From Patescibacteria group bacterium (GTDB lineage: Bacteria; Patescibacteriota; Minisyncoccia; 2-02-FULL-40-12; IGHO2-01-FULL-4-A): 48,586 nt of DNA. The translations under genes and the position numbers were made by a program. The stretch lies in NCBI GenBank assembly GCA_038061865.1, contig JBBTYI010000011.1, positions 1-48,586 of the forward strand, given 5' to 3'. This document shows, piece by piece, positions 8,849 to 17,560 of this stretch. Position 1 is the stretch's first letter. Each line of letters begins with the position of its first letter. The notes beneath the pieces are model-generated. The model was given only the letters and a program-made list of their open reading frames with translations, was not told where the DNA came from and did not search any database.

Positions 8849-9120
8849 AGCCCGGCCTTGCACCAGACAGGGTTTAGCACGTCTCGCCGTCACCGGCGGA
8901 CGATGGCGTTCGCCAACTTTTCACCCGTGCCCAGCTCCAGTTTTCGCAAACTGGAGCTGGGTCGGAATTGTCTCTGTGCCACTTTCCCTAAGCTTTGATC
9001 AATCGCTCTTGTCTTAAGAACAAGAACTATCAATCTTATACCCGGTGGCCGTTAGCCACTGTCTGCTTACCAGCTCCAGTTTTCGCAAACTGGGGTTGGT
9101 GGTGTTCGGACTTTCCTCCA

Positions 9121-9207
9121 GCTGACGCAACAACCAACTGCTAACTACTAATCTCTAATTTAGATTCTACTAAAGATTGGGGATTAGAAGTTGGCGATTG
9201 CGTAAGC
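9121..9207. repeat. Heptamer-arm hairpin element inside rnpB (P3 region)
   Basis: GCTGACGCAA...7-bp periodic arms...TTGCGTAAGC. Confidence 0.8.
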
Positions 9208-9238
9208 CAGCAATCACCCGCTTTGCCAAACTGCTTGC

Positions 9239-9247
9239 ATTATAGCA
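9239..9247 (-). promoter_or_regulatory. Extended -10 promoter for rnpB
   Basis: TGCTATAAT overlaps the rnhA stop codon, about 10 nt upstream of P1. Confidence 0.65.
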
Positions 9248-9674
9248 ATTTATTTAGCTCCTTGTCCAGAGTGGCGTTAACTAGCCGGTCAGCGCCGCGG
9301 TTTTTGCCTCGCAAGACGTGTTTGAATTTGATATGGGGGAAATCCAGCTTCAAGTTCCACAATTCCACAAACAGTTTTTGCAGCTCCGGTTCCACAATTT
9401 TGTAATGGCCGCTGATCTGCCGCTCCAACAGTTCGCTGTCCACCCGCACCTCCACTTGGGCATCCTTCAGTTTTTCCCCGCCCACCAGTTGTTTCAGTTT
9501 TTTCAACCCGAAGATGGCTGCCTTGTACTCGGCCTCGTTATTGGTGGCCCGCCCGAGATACTGACTGTACTCTTTCTTCAAAACGCCGCCTTCTTCCACA
9601 ATCACTGCCCCGATGGCGGCCTCCCCCGGATTACCCCGCGAACCTCCGTCGCTGTACACGATATACTTGCTCAT
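9240..9674 (-). CDS. rnhA: Ribonuclease HI family protein
   Basis: YSDGGSRGNPG, TNNEAEY, DSEL and N..ADRL. Confidence 0.92.
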   Translation of the reverse strand: MSKYIVYSDGGSRGNPGEAAIGAVIVEEGGVLKKEYSQYLGRATNNEAEYKAAIFGLKKLKQLVGGEKLKDAQVEVRVDSELLERQISGHYKIVEPELQKLFVELWNLKLDFPHIKFKHVLRGKNRGADRLVNATLDKELNKLL

Positions 9675-9677
9675 AGT

Positions 9678-10811
9678 TTATTGATAGTATCCCAAACTCT
9701 CCAATCCTGGCAATTTTTCCCCAGCCAGAAATACCAGCATCGCCCCGCCGCCGGTGGAGACGAAATCATACTGTGGCAGGAGGCCGAGGCGGTCGGCGGC
9801 GGCGATGGTATCGCCGCCGCCAATAATGGAATACTTGGCCGCGGCGACGGCGCGGGCGGTCTGCTCGGTGCCGGCGGCAAAAGCCGGTACTTCTGCCAGT
9901 CCCATCGGTCCGTTCCAGATGACCAGCTCCGCGCCGACAATGGTTTCAGCAAAATCCTGGGCAGTTTGAGTACCGATGTCAACAATTAGTTGATTATCGG
10001 CAGTATCTCCCAAGGGTTTAACTTCATTTTTGCCTTGCCCAGACTTATTCTCCGCCACCAATATATCCGTTGGCAACATAACGCCTTGCGATGACGTTAG
10101 TTGGGTTGGGGTGGAATCATCCACCACCGATTTACCCACCTTAATCCCCTGCGCTTTGAAAAAGTTATTGGCAATCGCCCCGCCGATAAGGATTTTTTCG
10201 GCTTTGTCCAAGAAATTCTTAATGACCGGCAACTTAGTGGAGATCTTCGCTCCGCCCAGCACCAGTACCTTGCCGGCCGCCGGCGCCGCCAGTGCTTTAG
10301 TCAGATGCTCAATTTCTTTCTTAATCAAAAATCCAGCATAGGACGGTAAATGTTTGGTAACGGCCACTACTGAGCTGTGGGCGCGATGGCAAACAGAAAA
10401 AGCGTCATTGATGTAGAAATCAAAACCCTTGGCCAATTCGGCGGCGAGGGCGTCATCGTTTTTTTCCTCGCGCGGGTCTTGACGGATATTGTCTATCAAC
10501 ACCACCGGGCATTTTTGTAAGATCAGTCCCAGCGAGCCCAGTTCGCTGTGCGGGATGAGGGTTAAGCTTTGACCCAATGCTTCCCCGATTTGTTCTGCAA
10601 TCGGACTAAAGCTGGTTCTCTCCGCGCGGTGGCTGACCAATGCCACCTGCGCCCCGGAGTTCACCAGATAATCCAGCGTGTGCTTGTGCGCTTTGATACG
10701 GAAGGTTTCTATCTCCCCGTCCTTGTCCGCTGCCGGCACGTTAAAATCCACCCGTAACAGCATCTTCTTCCCAGCTAATGCTTCTGGTTTTAATTCATTA
10801 AGATATTTCAT
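9678..10811 (-). CDS. pgk: Phosphoglycerate kinase
   Basis: RVDFNVP, NDAFSVCHRAHSS, LGGAK, WNGPMG, GGGDT and STGGGA. Confidence 0.95.
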   Translation of the reverse strand: MKYLNELKPEALAGKKMLLRVDFNVPAADKDGEIETFRIKAHKHTLDYLVNSGAQVALVSHRAERTSFSPIAEQIGEALGQSLTLIPHSELGSLGLILQKCPVVLIDNIRQDPREEKNDDALAAELAKGFDFYINDAFSVCHRAHSSVVAVTKHLPSYAGFLIKKEIEHLTKALAAPAAGKVLVLGGAKISTKLPVIKNFLDKAEKILIGGAIANNFFKAQGIKVGKSVVDDSTPTQLTSSQGVMLPTDILVAENKSGQGKNEVKPLGDTADNQLIVDIGTQTAQDFAETIVGAELVIWNGPMGLAEVPAFAAGTEQTARAVAAAKYSIIGGGDTIAAADRLGLLPQYDFVSTGGGAMLVFLAGEKLPGLESLGYYQ

Positions 10812-11494
10812 AGCGCGGAAACTACTTTCAAAACCTCTTCAAACTGCACTGCGTCTAAGCTGGCTTGGCCGACTATGGCGCCGGAGATTTCAGAATGTTT
10901 GAGGAAATCGCCTACATTGGCAGAGTTAACACTTCCTCCGTACAAAATAGTTTTCTTACCGGTGAGCCGCGCAATAATCTCGACAGCGGCTAGCGTATTT
11001 TCCGGCTTGTCCGGCTCGGCGCCGGGACTAGCGCTGATGGCCCAGACCGGTTCGTAGCAAATCAATATATTCACGACTTGCGATGTTATGAGATTAGCCA
11101 GGTTTTTATTCAGCTGTTCTCCCAGTACGGCCTGTCGGTTATCGCCTTTTGTTTTCTCACCAATTAGCAAAATCGGGGTAACACCAGAATTGAGGGCGAT
11201 TTTTAGTTTTCGGTTAATGATCTCATCCGTATCCCCTCCGCCTGTTGGCGGATAGCGCCGGTCGGAATGACCAACCAAAACATATTGCACGCCAAAATTG
11301 TCTCCTCCAGCAGTCCAAAAAATATCTTGAGTTCCGTTAGCTCCTAATTCTTTTACAAACTCGGCGGGCGGACAGATCACGGTTTTGATATTTGGATATT
11401 TCGCCGCCGCTTCCGTTTCCGTTTCAAACAACGCTTGCGCTTCAGCCAGTGTGTCGGGATGTGCTTTCCAGTTTGCGATAATAATTTTGTTCAT
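10808..11494 (-). CDS. tpiA: Triosephosphate isomerase (shortened)
   Basis: ANWK, GHSDRR, YEPVWAI and LYGGSV. Confidence 0.92.
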   Translation of the reverse strand: MNKIIIANWKAHPDTLAEAQALFETETEAAAKYPNIKTVICPPAEFVKELGANGTQDIFWTAGGDNFGVQYVLVGHSDRRYPPTGGGDTDEIINRKLKIALNSGVTPILLIGEKTKGDNRQAVLGEQLNKNLANLITSQVVNILICYEPVWAISASPGAEPDKPENTLAAVEIIARLTGKKTILYGGSVNSANVGDFLKHSEISGAIVGQASLDAVQFEEVLKVVSAL

Positions 11495-11498
11495 TGCA

Positions 11499-11540
11499 AG
11501 GTGTTTAATCCTGTTTCATATGCAGCAGGATTAAACACTT
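11499..11540. repeat. 42-bp near-perfect palindrome between dedA and tpiA
   Basis: AGGTGTTTAATCCTGTTTCAT|ATGCAGCAGGATTAAACACTT. Confidence 0.8.
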
Positions 11541-11555
11541 AGTGTAATTTTGATT

Positions 11556-12188
11556 CTACTCATGCGTCAAATGTCGGCGTTTAATATGCCGGTAAATATA
11601 CCAAGTAATCGCTAGCCCCAACGCACCAGCCATGAACAACTCTATTTTATCAAACCACGGCTGGATTCGCTCCCAGTTCTGCTCCGATTCCAGACCGGCG
11701 AAAATCAGCAGTATATTAAAAGGTATAGAACCGACGGCAGTATAGCCGACAAATCGCCAGAACGGCATCCGCGCTACGCCCGCTGGAATCGCCACGAAAG
11801 CGCGAATAATTGGCAGTAGCCGTCCGATGATAACCAGCTTGCCGCCATGTTTGGCGAATAGTCGGTCGGTATGGTCAAGGTCGTGTTTGAATACCAAGAT
11901 ATAGCGGCCGTACTTTCCCAAAAGCAGGCGCCCGCCCGAAGCGGATAGCCAGTACAACGTCACGTCCCCAATCAAATTACCCAAAGTTACTATGGCAATC
12001 ACCGGCCAAAGTGCCAGTCGTTCCTGCCCTACCAAAGCCCCGGCAAAAGGCAAAATCAGTTCCGCCGGCACCAGCGACAGCAAAAATCGATCCAAAAAAG
12101 ACAACAAAAAAACGCCGGTATAGCCGCCGTTAGCCATCAGCTCCAGTGATCGGGAAGCAATATTCTGAATTACTTGAGATAAAATCAT
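11556..12188 (-). CDS. DedA family membrane protein
   Basis: PAELILPFAG, F.KHG and GRLLPIIRAFVAIPAG. Confidence 0.92.
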   Translation of the reverse strand: MILSQVIQNIASRSLELMANGGYTGVFLLSFLDRFLLSLVPAELILPFAGALVGQERLALWPVIAIVTLGNLIGDVTLYWLSASGGRLLLGKYGRYILVFKHDLDHTDRLFAKHGGKLVIIGRLLPIIRAFVAIPAGVARMPFWRFVGYTAVGSIPFNILLIFAGLESEQNWERIQPWFDKIELFMAGALGLAITWYIYRHIKRRHLTHE

Positions 12189-12286
12189 GTGACGTGGCTG
12201 CTAGGCATTCCTTTAATTTATTACTCAAATCCCCAGGTGCGAAAGCTCGGCAGCAGCAATTTCGGAAATTAATTGGCTTACTTGTT

Positions 12287-13315
12287 CTATGCTTTTCTTA
12301 ATTCCTCCGCCGCTTGGTCCGGATCAACACTGTTAACGTCAATGCCGCTGCCCAGTTCAAAGGCGCCGATCATCCCCAGTTTGGGCAAGATTTCAATGTG
12401 CCAGGAATAAAATTCGTGCGGGTTAACATCCAGCTCGCCGGTGGGCGCAGTATGGATGAAAAAATTATAGTCTGGATCCCGCAAAACGGTATTGATTTTT
12501 TTCAGGGCGACCAGCATGGTTTCGGCCAGATAATTTCTTAAATCATCCGGCAGCTGTTCAAAATGGGCATGACTTTCCTTGGAAAATATTCTCACCTCAT
12601 AAGGCGATTTGGAAACAAAAGGGCAAAAAGCGATGAAATGATCATTTTCAAATACGACTCTTCTGCCTTCTTTCACTTCCCAATCAATCATTAGGTCGTA
12701 GACCCGTTTGCCCTGTTCGCGATAAAACCGCTCGGCCCCCGTAATACTGTGTTCAACGTCCGGCGGCAGAAGCGGTAAAGACATAATCTGGGTGTGGGGA
12801 TGAGTCAAGCTGGCGCCGGCTCTGGCCCCATGGTTGTGGAATATCAAAATATATTTGACAAAATCTTCTTTGGAAATAGCGCCGAATCTTTGCTGATAAA
12901 TCTTAAAGACTTCCGACATTTCCGCAACCGAGAACTGGTGCAATTGTTTGTCGTGGTCGCGGAAAATAACCAACTCGTGCTGGCCGCGGGCGGCGTGGGT
13001 ACTGAACGGCCCAGCTGTTTTAGCGCCATAGCTCGCATTGGCCGCGTTAACGATGGGGAATTTGTTCTGGGCCACTTTGGCAAACCAGTTTACCCCGTTG
13101 CGGAGCTTCTCGGGGCCGTCAGCGCCGCCCAGCGCCGGGAAAGTTTCCAGCACTTTGTTGCCGTGCCCCTCCGGATTCTCAAATGGGCATTTATCTTTAG
13201 GCACGATTTTTGAAACAACTTCCCGGTCAGGAGCGGGACGCAAAGCCCGCCCGGTGGCAAACAGCACCCAGTCGCCGGAAACCAAATCTTGGCGGAATTC
13301 ATTTAGATTAGTCAT
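12287..13315 (-). CDS. galT: Galactose-1-phosphate uridylyltransferase family protein
   Basis: R.DLVSGDWV, CPF, and the GASLTHPHTQ (HxHxQ) motif. Confidence 0.88.
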   Translation of the reverse strand: MTNLNEFRQDLVSGDWVLFATGRALRPAPDREVVSKIVPKDKCPFENPEGHGNKVLETFPALGGADGPEKLRNGVNWFAKVAQNKFPIVNAANASYGAKTAGPFSTHAARGQHELVIFRDHDKQLHQFSVAEMSEVFKIYQQRFGAISKEDFVKYILIFHNHGARAGASLTHPHTQIMSLPLLPPDVEHSITGAERFYREQGKRVYDLMIDWEVKEGRRVVFENDHFIAFCPFVSKSPYEVRIFSKESHAHFEQLPDDLRNYLAETMLVALKKINTVLRDPDYNFFIHTAPTGELDVNPHEFYSWHIEILPKLGMIGAFELGSGIDVNSVDPDQAAEELRKA

Positions 13316-14027
13316 ATTTTCCAATTAATAAATTGTATCTTACTTTTAACGTCTGCAGCAGTACTTGCGGATAAGCCCAGACATTTACTTTGGAATCCGG
13401 GTCGTTACTCCAGGTTACCGGCAGTTCTTTTATTTTATAGCCGAACATCTGGGCGATGGCCAGCGCCTCCACATCAAAGCCCCAGCCGAAAATGGTCAGG
13501 CGCGGGAAAATTTTTTGCGCCGCTTCGGCAGTAAATATTTTGAACCCCCGCTGGGTGTCGCTGATGCCCCAAACGGCAAAAATCTGAATCCACTTATTGC
13601 CCAGCTTGCCCATAATCACCCGCCACAACGGCTCGCCACCACCCTGTAATATTTTAGCGCCTTTGACGGCCAGTGAACCAATCACGACTTGATAACTTTG
13701 TTCAAAATAAGGCAAAAATTTTTCAAGATGGTCAATGGAAGTGGAATTATCGGCATCAGTAAAAAGCCGATAATCCCCTTGCGCTACCAGCATGCCGGTA
13801 GTCACAGCGTAGCCCTTGCCCGGTCGCGGTTCATCAATCACCCGCAAGCCCGGATACTGACTCTGGAAACTTTTGGCAATTTCCGCCGTCCGGTCCTGGG
13901 AATGATTATTGACGACAATAATTTCATAATCATAGCCCTGCTTGGCTAGATACTGTCCAATCGCTAAAATTGTTCCGCCAATGCGTTTTTCCTCGTTGTA
14001 GGCGGGGATAATTACCGACAAATGCAT
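13308..14027 (-). CDS. GT2 dolichyl-phosphate glucosyl/mannosyltransferase-like protein
   Basis: LSVIIPAYNEE, GKG, FTDAD, DTQRGFK and GWGFDVE. Confidence 0.9.
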   Translation of the reverse strand: MHLSVIIPAYNEEKRIGGTILAIGQYLAKQGYDYEIIVVNNHSQDRTAEIAKSFQSQYPGLRVIDEPRPGKGYAVTTGMLVAQGDYRLFTDADNSTSIDHLEKFLPYFEQSYQVVIGSLAVKGAKILQGGGEPLWRVIMGKLGNKWIQIFAVWGISDTQRGFKIFTAEAAQKIFPRLTIFGWGFDVEALAIAQMFGYKIKELPVTWSNDPDSKVNVWAYPQVLLQTLKVRYNLLIGKYD

Positions 14028-14041
14028 AGCCAAATTGTATC

Positions 14042-14812
14042 CTAAAGTTTAGTTAAAACCAACGGGGCGTCAGCGGTCACGGCTACCGTGTGTTCAAAGT
14101 GTGCGGCCGGGGAGCCGTCCTTCGTCCGCCAAGCGAGCGTGGTTTTGTCTTCAATCAATTCCGGCTGGCCGGTCACCAGCATCGGCTCAATTGCCAGCAC
14201 CATGCCTTCGACTAATGACTCCCCTTCACCCGGCCGGCCGAAATTCGGAATCTGCGGGGCCTCGTGGAGTTGTTTGCCCACGCCATGACCGACTAATTGA
14301 TAGACCACCTTAAAGCCGCCGGAGCGGGCACGACTCTCAATCGCGGAGCCGATGTCGCCGATGGTCTTACCCGGCCGCGCCCGTTTAATGGCTTCCGCCA
14401 AGCATTCACGCGTGACGGCTAGCAACTTATTTTTCAATTGCCAATTACTAGCGACATCGTAAGTCACTAATGGAGTTAGCATGGTGGTCGCCGCGTCGGT
14501 GATGAAACCCTGGTATTTGACGCCAAAATCAATACTGACCAAATCTCCCGGCTGGATAATTCTTTCCGAAGGCAAACCGTGCACTACTTCCTCGTTGATG
14601 GAGACGCACAGCGCCGCCGGATAGCCATCATAGCCTAAAAAAGTCGGCTGGGCGCCGGGATAGTCGTTTAATAATTGGCGAGTGAGATTTTCCAGTTCTT
14701 GTGTCCGGATTCCGGCTTTTACTGATTGTTCTAGCGTTCTTAGAATTTCAGCTAGTATCTTCCCGCCCGCCTGCATTATTTGAATTTCCTCTGATGATTT
14801 AATTGAAATCAT
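14042..14812 (-). CDS. map: Methionine aminopeptidase type I
   Basis: SINEEVVHGLP, GHGVG..LHE.P, AIEPM and AHFEHT. Confidence 0.96.
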   Translation of the reverse strand: MISIKSSEEIQIMQAGGKILAEILRTLEQSVKAGIRTQELENLTRQLLNDYPGAQPTFLGYDGYPAALCVSINEEVVHGLPSERIIQPGDLVSIDFGVKYQGFITDAATTMLTPLVTYDVASNWQLKNKLLAVTRECLAEAIKRARPGKTIGDIGSAIESRARSGGFKVVYQLVGHGVGKQLHEAPQIPNFGRPGEGESLVEGMVLAIEPMLVTGQPELIEDKTTLAWRTKDGSPAAHFEHTVAVTADAPLVLTKL

Positions 14813-14827
14813 TAAATAAGAGCTTCA

Positions 14828-15508
14828 TTAATTAACGGCCAAGGCTTGCTTTATATCCGCGAACACTTTTTCAATCGGCTGTTCGCCGTTAATTTCAATT
14901 ACCCGATAGCCGTTATCGCGGAAATATTGCAACACTGGCGCGGTGTCGCGCAAGTACACCTGATAACGCTCTTTGATAATCTCCGGTTTATCCAGCGGGC
15001 GGGTGACAATTGGTGAACCATCTTCGGGGCAGACGGAGATATTAGCAAACTCGGGAAAATTGGGAATGGGGTGGCGGTTGGCTTGGCACAAGCGGCGGGC
15101 GCTGTTTCTTTTGATTGATTCTGCTTCGCTTAGCTTAATTTCAACGGCAGCAATTTCATCTTTACCGTAAATCCCGGCTAAAAATTCCAGGTTTTTTTCG
15201 GTTTCCTCCAGTGTTCGGGCCGAGCCGCTGAAAACAAAACCCTTGACCCGGTCTTTCAGTTTGCCGACTTCTTCTCTGAACCACCTAATGATAACCGCCG
15301 GGGTCATCAGCCCACCCCCGAGCCATAACTTTTTCTGCTCGGCTATTTCCGGATCGTTGGGTTCGGCATTTTTGAATTTTTCCTCAATCACCTTGGATAT
15401 TTCAAAATGGTAAAAGCCGAGCTCCTTGGCTAGCAGCTCGGCCTGCGTCCCCTTGCCCGACCCCGGCGGCCCGATCAGAATGATCGCCATTTTCCGTACT
15501 TCTGTCAT
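14828..15508 (-). CDS. adk: Adenylate kinase / NMP kinase (start may be at 15490)
   Basis: GPPGSGKGTQA P-loop, a LID-like region, and position upstream of map. Confidence 0.88.
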   Translation of the reverse strand: MTEVRKMAIILIGPPGSGKGTQAELLAKELGFYHFEISKVIEEKFKNAEPNDPEIAEQKKLWLGGGLMTPAVIIRWFREEVGKLKDRVKGFVFSGSARTLEETEKNLEFLAGIYGKDEIAAVEIKLSEAESIKRNSARRLCQANRHPIPNFPEFANISVCPEDGSPIVTRPLDKPEIIKERYQVYLRDTAPVLQYFRDNGYRVIEINGEQPIEKVFADIKQALAVN

Positions 15509-15861
15509 AGGCTGTGCTGTAAATTAGCGGCATAAGCGAAAGCGTCAAAATATTTCCGCCAGGAATATTCGGTGGATTTGTATTCATTATCACCATAGAA
15601 AAAATCGGCCAGCACTTCGCGCACGCGCCATAATTCCTTCCCCCGTCCACCGCGCTGGTTTTTCGGGTCGGCAATAGTTAAATCCAACAGTGCCAAGGCG
15701 CGGTCAGCCGCCAGCCGGTCAGCCACCGGCTGACCGGCTGGCGGCTGCTCAGCTCGTGCTTTCAGCGCCCGTGAGACCTCGCCGCCAATATTTCCCAACT
15801 GGGCAAAAAGCGAAAGTTTCCGCCAGCGGTCAGCCGTTACCATTTTAAGTCGATAATCCAT
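15505..15861 (-). CDS. Conserved hypothetical helical protein, partner of the DUF5674 gene
   Basis: QLGNIGGEVSRA...ALLDLTI.DP...KEL.RVRE; directly abuts both neighbours. Confidence 0.75.
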   Translation of the reverse strand: MDYRLKMVTADRWRKLSLFAQLGNIGGEVSRALKARAEQPPAGQPVADRLAADRALALLDLTIADPKNQRGGRGKELWRVREVLADFFYGDNEYKSTEYSWRKYFDAFAYAANLQHSL

Positions 15862-16203
15862 CTAGGGAATAATAAATTTTTTAATAATCGCGGCGGCTTG
15901 CTGGCGAACAGCCGGATTTTCAATTGCCCGACTGCGATTGCCGGTCAGTGGTTTGATGTTAATCAGCGAATCAAACTCCAGCCAATCATCGCCGGTTCTT
16001 TCCGGAAAAATATCAAATCCCCACAGGTCAGCGCCTTGTGACCCCTGCGCCACCAACATTTCCGCCAAGTCAACGTGCAAGCCGGCATCAATGGCCACCA
16101 ATTCTCGTTTGATATCTACCACCCCTTTAACTAAGTCGCCAAATATTTTTTCCGCCAGTGGCCGTAATTCCGCCAACTTAACCGGCTTAGCCAAAATCCG
16201 CAT
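15862..16203 (-). CDS. DUF5674-like protein
   Basis: KGVVDI...H.D...GS...LWG...FDSLINIKP..GNRS. Confidence 0.75.
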   Translation of the reverse strand: MRILAKPVKLAELRPLAEKIFGDLVKGVVDIKRELVAIDAGLHVDLAEMLVAQGSQGADLWGFDIFPERTGDDWLEFDSLINIKPLTGNRSRAIENPAVRQQAAAIIKKFIIP

Positions 16204-16221
16204 AGTCAAAGCATAGCATCC

Positions 16222-16259
16222 AAAAAAGAAACGAGCCAGTCACCCAGGAGTGCTGGTTC
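16222..16259 (-). terminator. Probable intrinsic terminator after secY
   Basis: Imperfect hairpin GAACCAGCAC/GTGACTGGCTC followed by GTTTCTTTTTT. Confidence 0.5.
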
Positions 16260-16282
16260 ATACTAGCCATAGAAAATAACGG

Positions 16283-17542
16283 CTAATACTCATACATTGA
16301 CAGCTGGGCGTTCAGCGCTTTGATGGTTTCCAAGACCACCGAGACCACGATCAGGATAGAGGTGCCACCGATAGCAAAAGCGGTGATGCCGGTAAAGCCG
16401 CGGACGACTTGCGGCAGGACGGCGATAGCGCCCAAGAAAATGGCACCGACCAGGGTTACCCGATTGAGCAAATGGAGCAGGAATTGCGCCGTCGGCTGGC
16501 CGGGGCGGATGCCGGGGATATAGCCGCCCTGTTTTTGGATATTTTCCGAAATGGATTTGGGGTCAAAAGTAACGGCGGTGTAAAAGTAGGTAAACAAAAC
16601 CACCAGCAGGAAATATAGAATGCCGTAAACTGTCTGATTTTGGATGAAGCGGCTGAAGGTCAGGGCGATTTTTGACAGCCAAGTGATGCTGGAATTGCTC
16701 AAAAAACTGGCAATCATCCCGGGAAAAAGCAAAATGGACAAGGCAAAAATTATCGGCATCACCCCGGCATTATTGACCCGCATCGGCAGATAGGTGGAAA
16801 CGCCGCCGAAAATGCGGTTGCCGCGCACCCGGCGGGCGTAATTGATGGGGATGTTGCGCTGGGCTTCGGTCAGATAAACTACACCGGCGATGACAATCAA
16901 AGCGATGAGCACAAAAGTCGCGTAAGTAAACAATTGCGCCGAACTGTAGGTAGCCAGGGTTTGTCTGATGCTGGTCGGAAAACCGGCCACGATGCCGGCA
17001 AAAATCAGCAAAGAGACGCCATTACCGATGTTTTTTTCCGAAATCAATTCGCCCAGCCACATCAAAAACACCGAACCGGCGGCGACCACCAGCAAGGAAT
17101 TGGCCCAGCCGAACAAACCCAAATGGTCAACTACTCCCTGGCGTGATAAAAGCGTAATAAAAGCATAGCCCTGAAGCACGGCCAAGGGCACGGTCAGCAG
17201 CCGCGAGTATTGGTTGAATTTGCGCCGGCCGAGTTCGCCCTCATATTTGTACATCTGCTCCAGCGACGGGAAAATCATGGTTAAAAGCTGCAGGATGATG
17301 GAAGCGGTGATGTAGGGCCCCAGCCCGAGCATGACCAGCGAAAAATTGTCCAAGCCGCCGCCGGTAAAAGTACTGATCAGGCCGAACAACTGGTTGTTTT
17401 GGAAAAACTCTTTCAACTTTACCGCGTCCACGCCGGGAATCGGAATGGCCGCCGCCACCCGGAAAACAACCAACAGCACCAAGATGAAAAAGAGCTTGCG
17501 GCGCAGATCGGGTATTTTGAAAATTTTGAGTAATCGGTTCAT
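16283..17542 (-). CDS. secY: Preprotein translocase SecY
   Basis: LGLGPYITASII, GNGVSLLIF, GVMPIIFA and IPGIRPG. Confidence 0.98.
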   Translation of the reverse strand: MNRLLKIFKIPDLRRKLFFILVLLVVFRVAAAIPIPGVDAVKLKEFFQNNQLFGLISTFTGGGLDNFSLVMLGLGPYITASIILQLLTMIFPSLEQMYKYEGELGRRKFNQYSRLLTVPLAVLQGYAFITLLSRQGVVDHLGLFGWANSLLVVAAGSVFLMWLGELISEKNIGNGVSLLIFAGIVAGFPTSIRQTLATYSSAQLFTYATFVLIALIVIAGVVYLTEAQRNIPINYARRVRGNRIFGGVSTYLPMRVNNAGVMPIIFALSILLFPGMIASFLSNSSITWLSKIALTFSRFIQNQTVYGILYFLLVVLFTYFYTAVTFDPKSISENIQKQGGYIPGIRPGQPTAQFLLHLLNRVTLVGAIFLGAIAVLPQVVRGFTGITAFAIGGTSILIVVSVVLETIKALNAQLSMYEY

Positions 17543-17560
17543 GCCGTTTATTTTTATTTT

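Larger units (their letters stand above)
8696..9229 (-). ncRNA. rnpB: RNase P RNA, about 534 nt, expanded by insertions
   Basis: GAGGAAAGTCC near the 5' end, ACAGAATTCGGCTTAT near the 3' end, and terminal P1 pairing TTGGCAAAGC/GCTTTGCCAA. Confidence 0.93.

Noticed and set aside
9678-10811. pgk as a pseudogene because SHLGRP is altered to SHRAER
   Set aside because: The ORF is intact and the other substrate and nucleotide motifs are retained.
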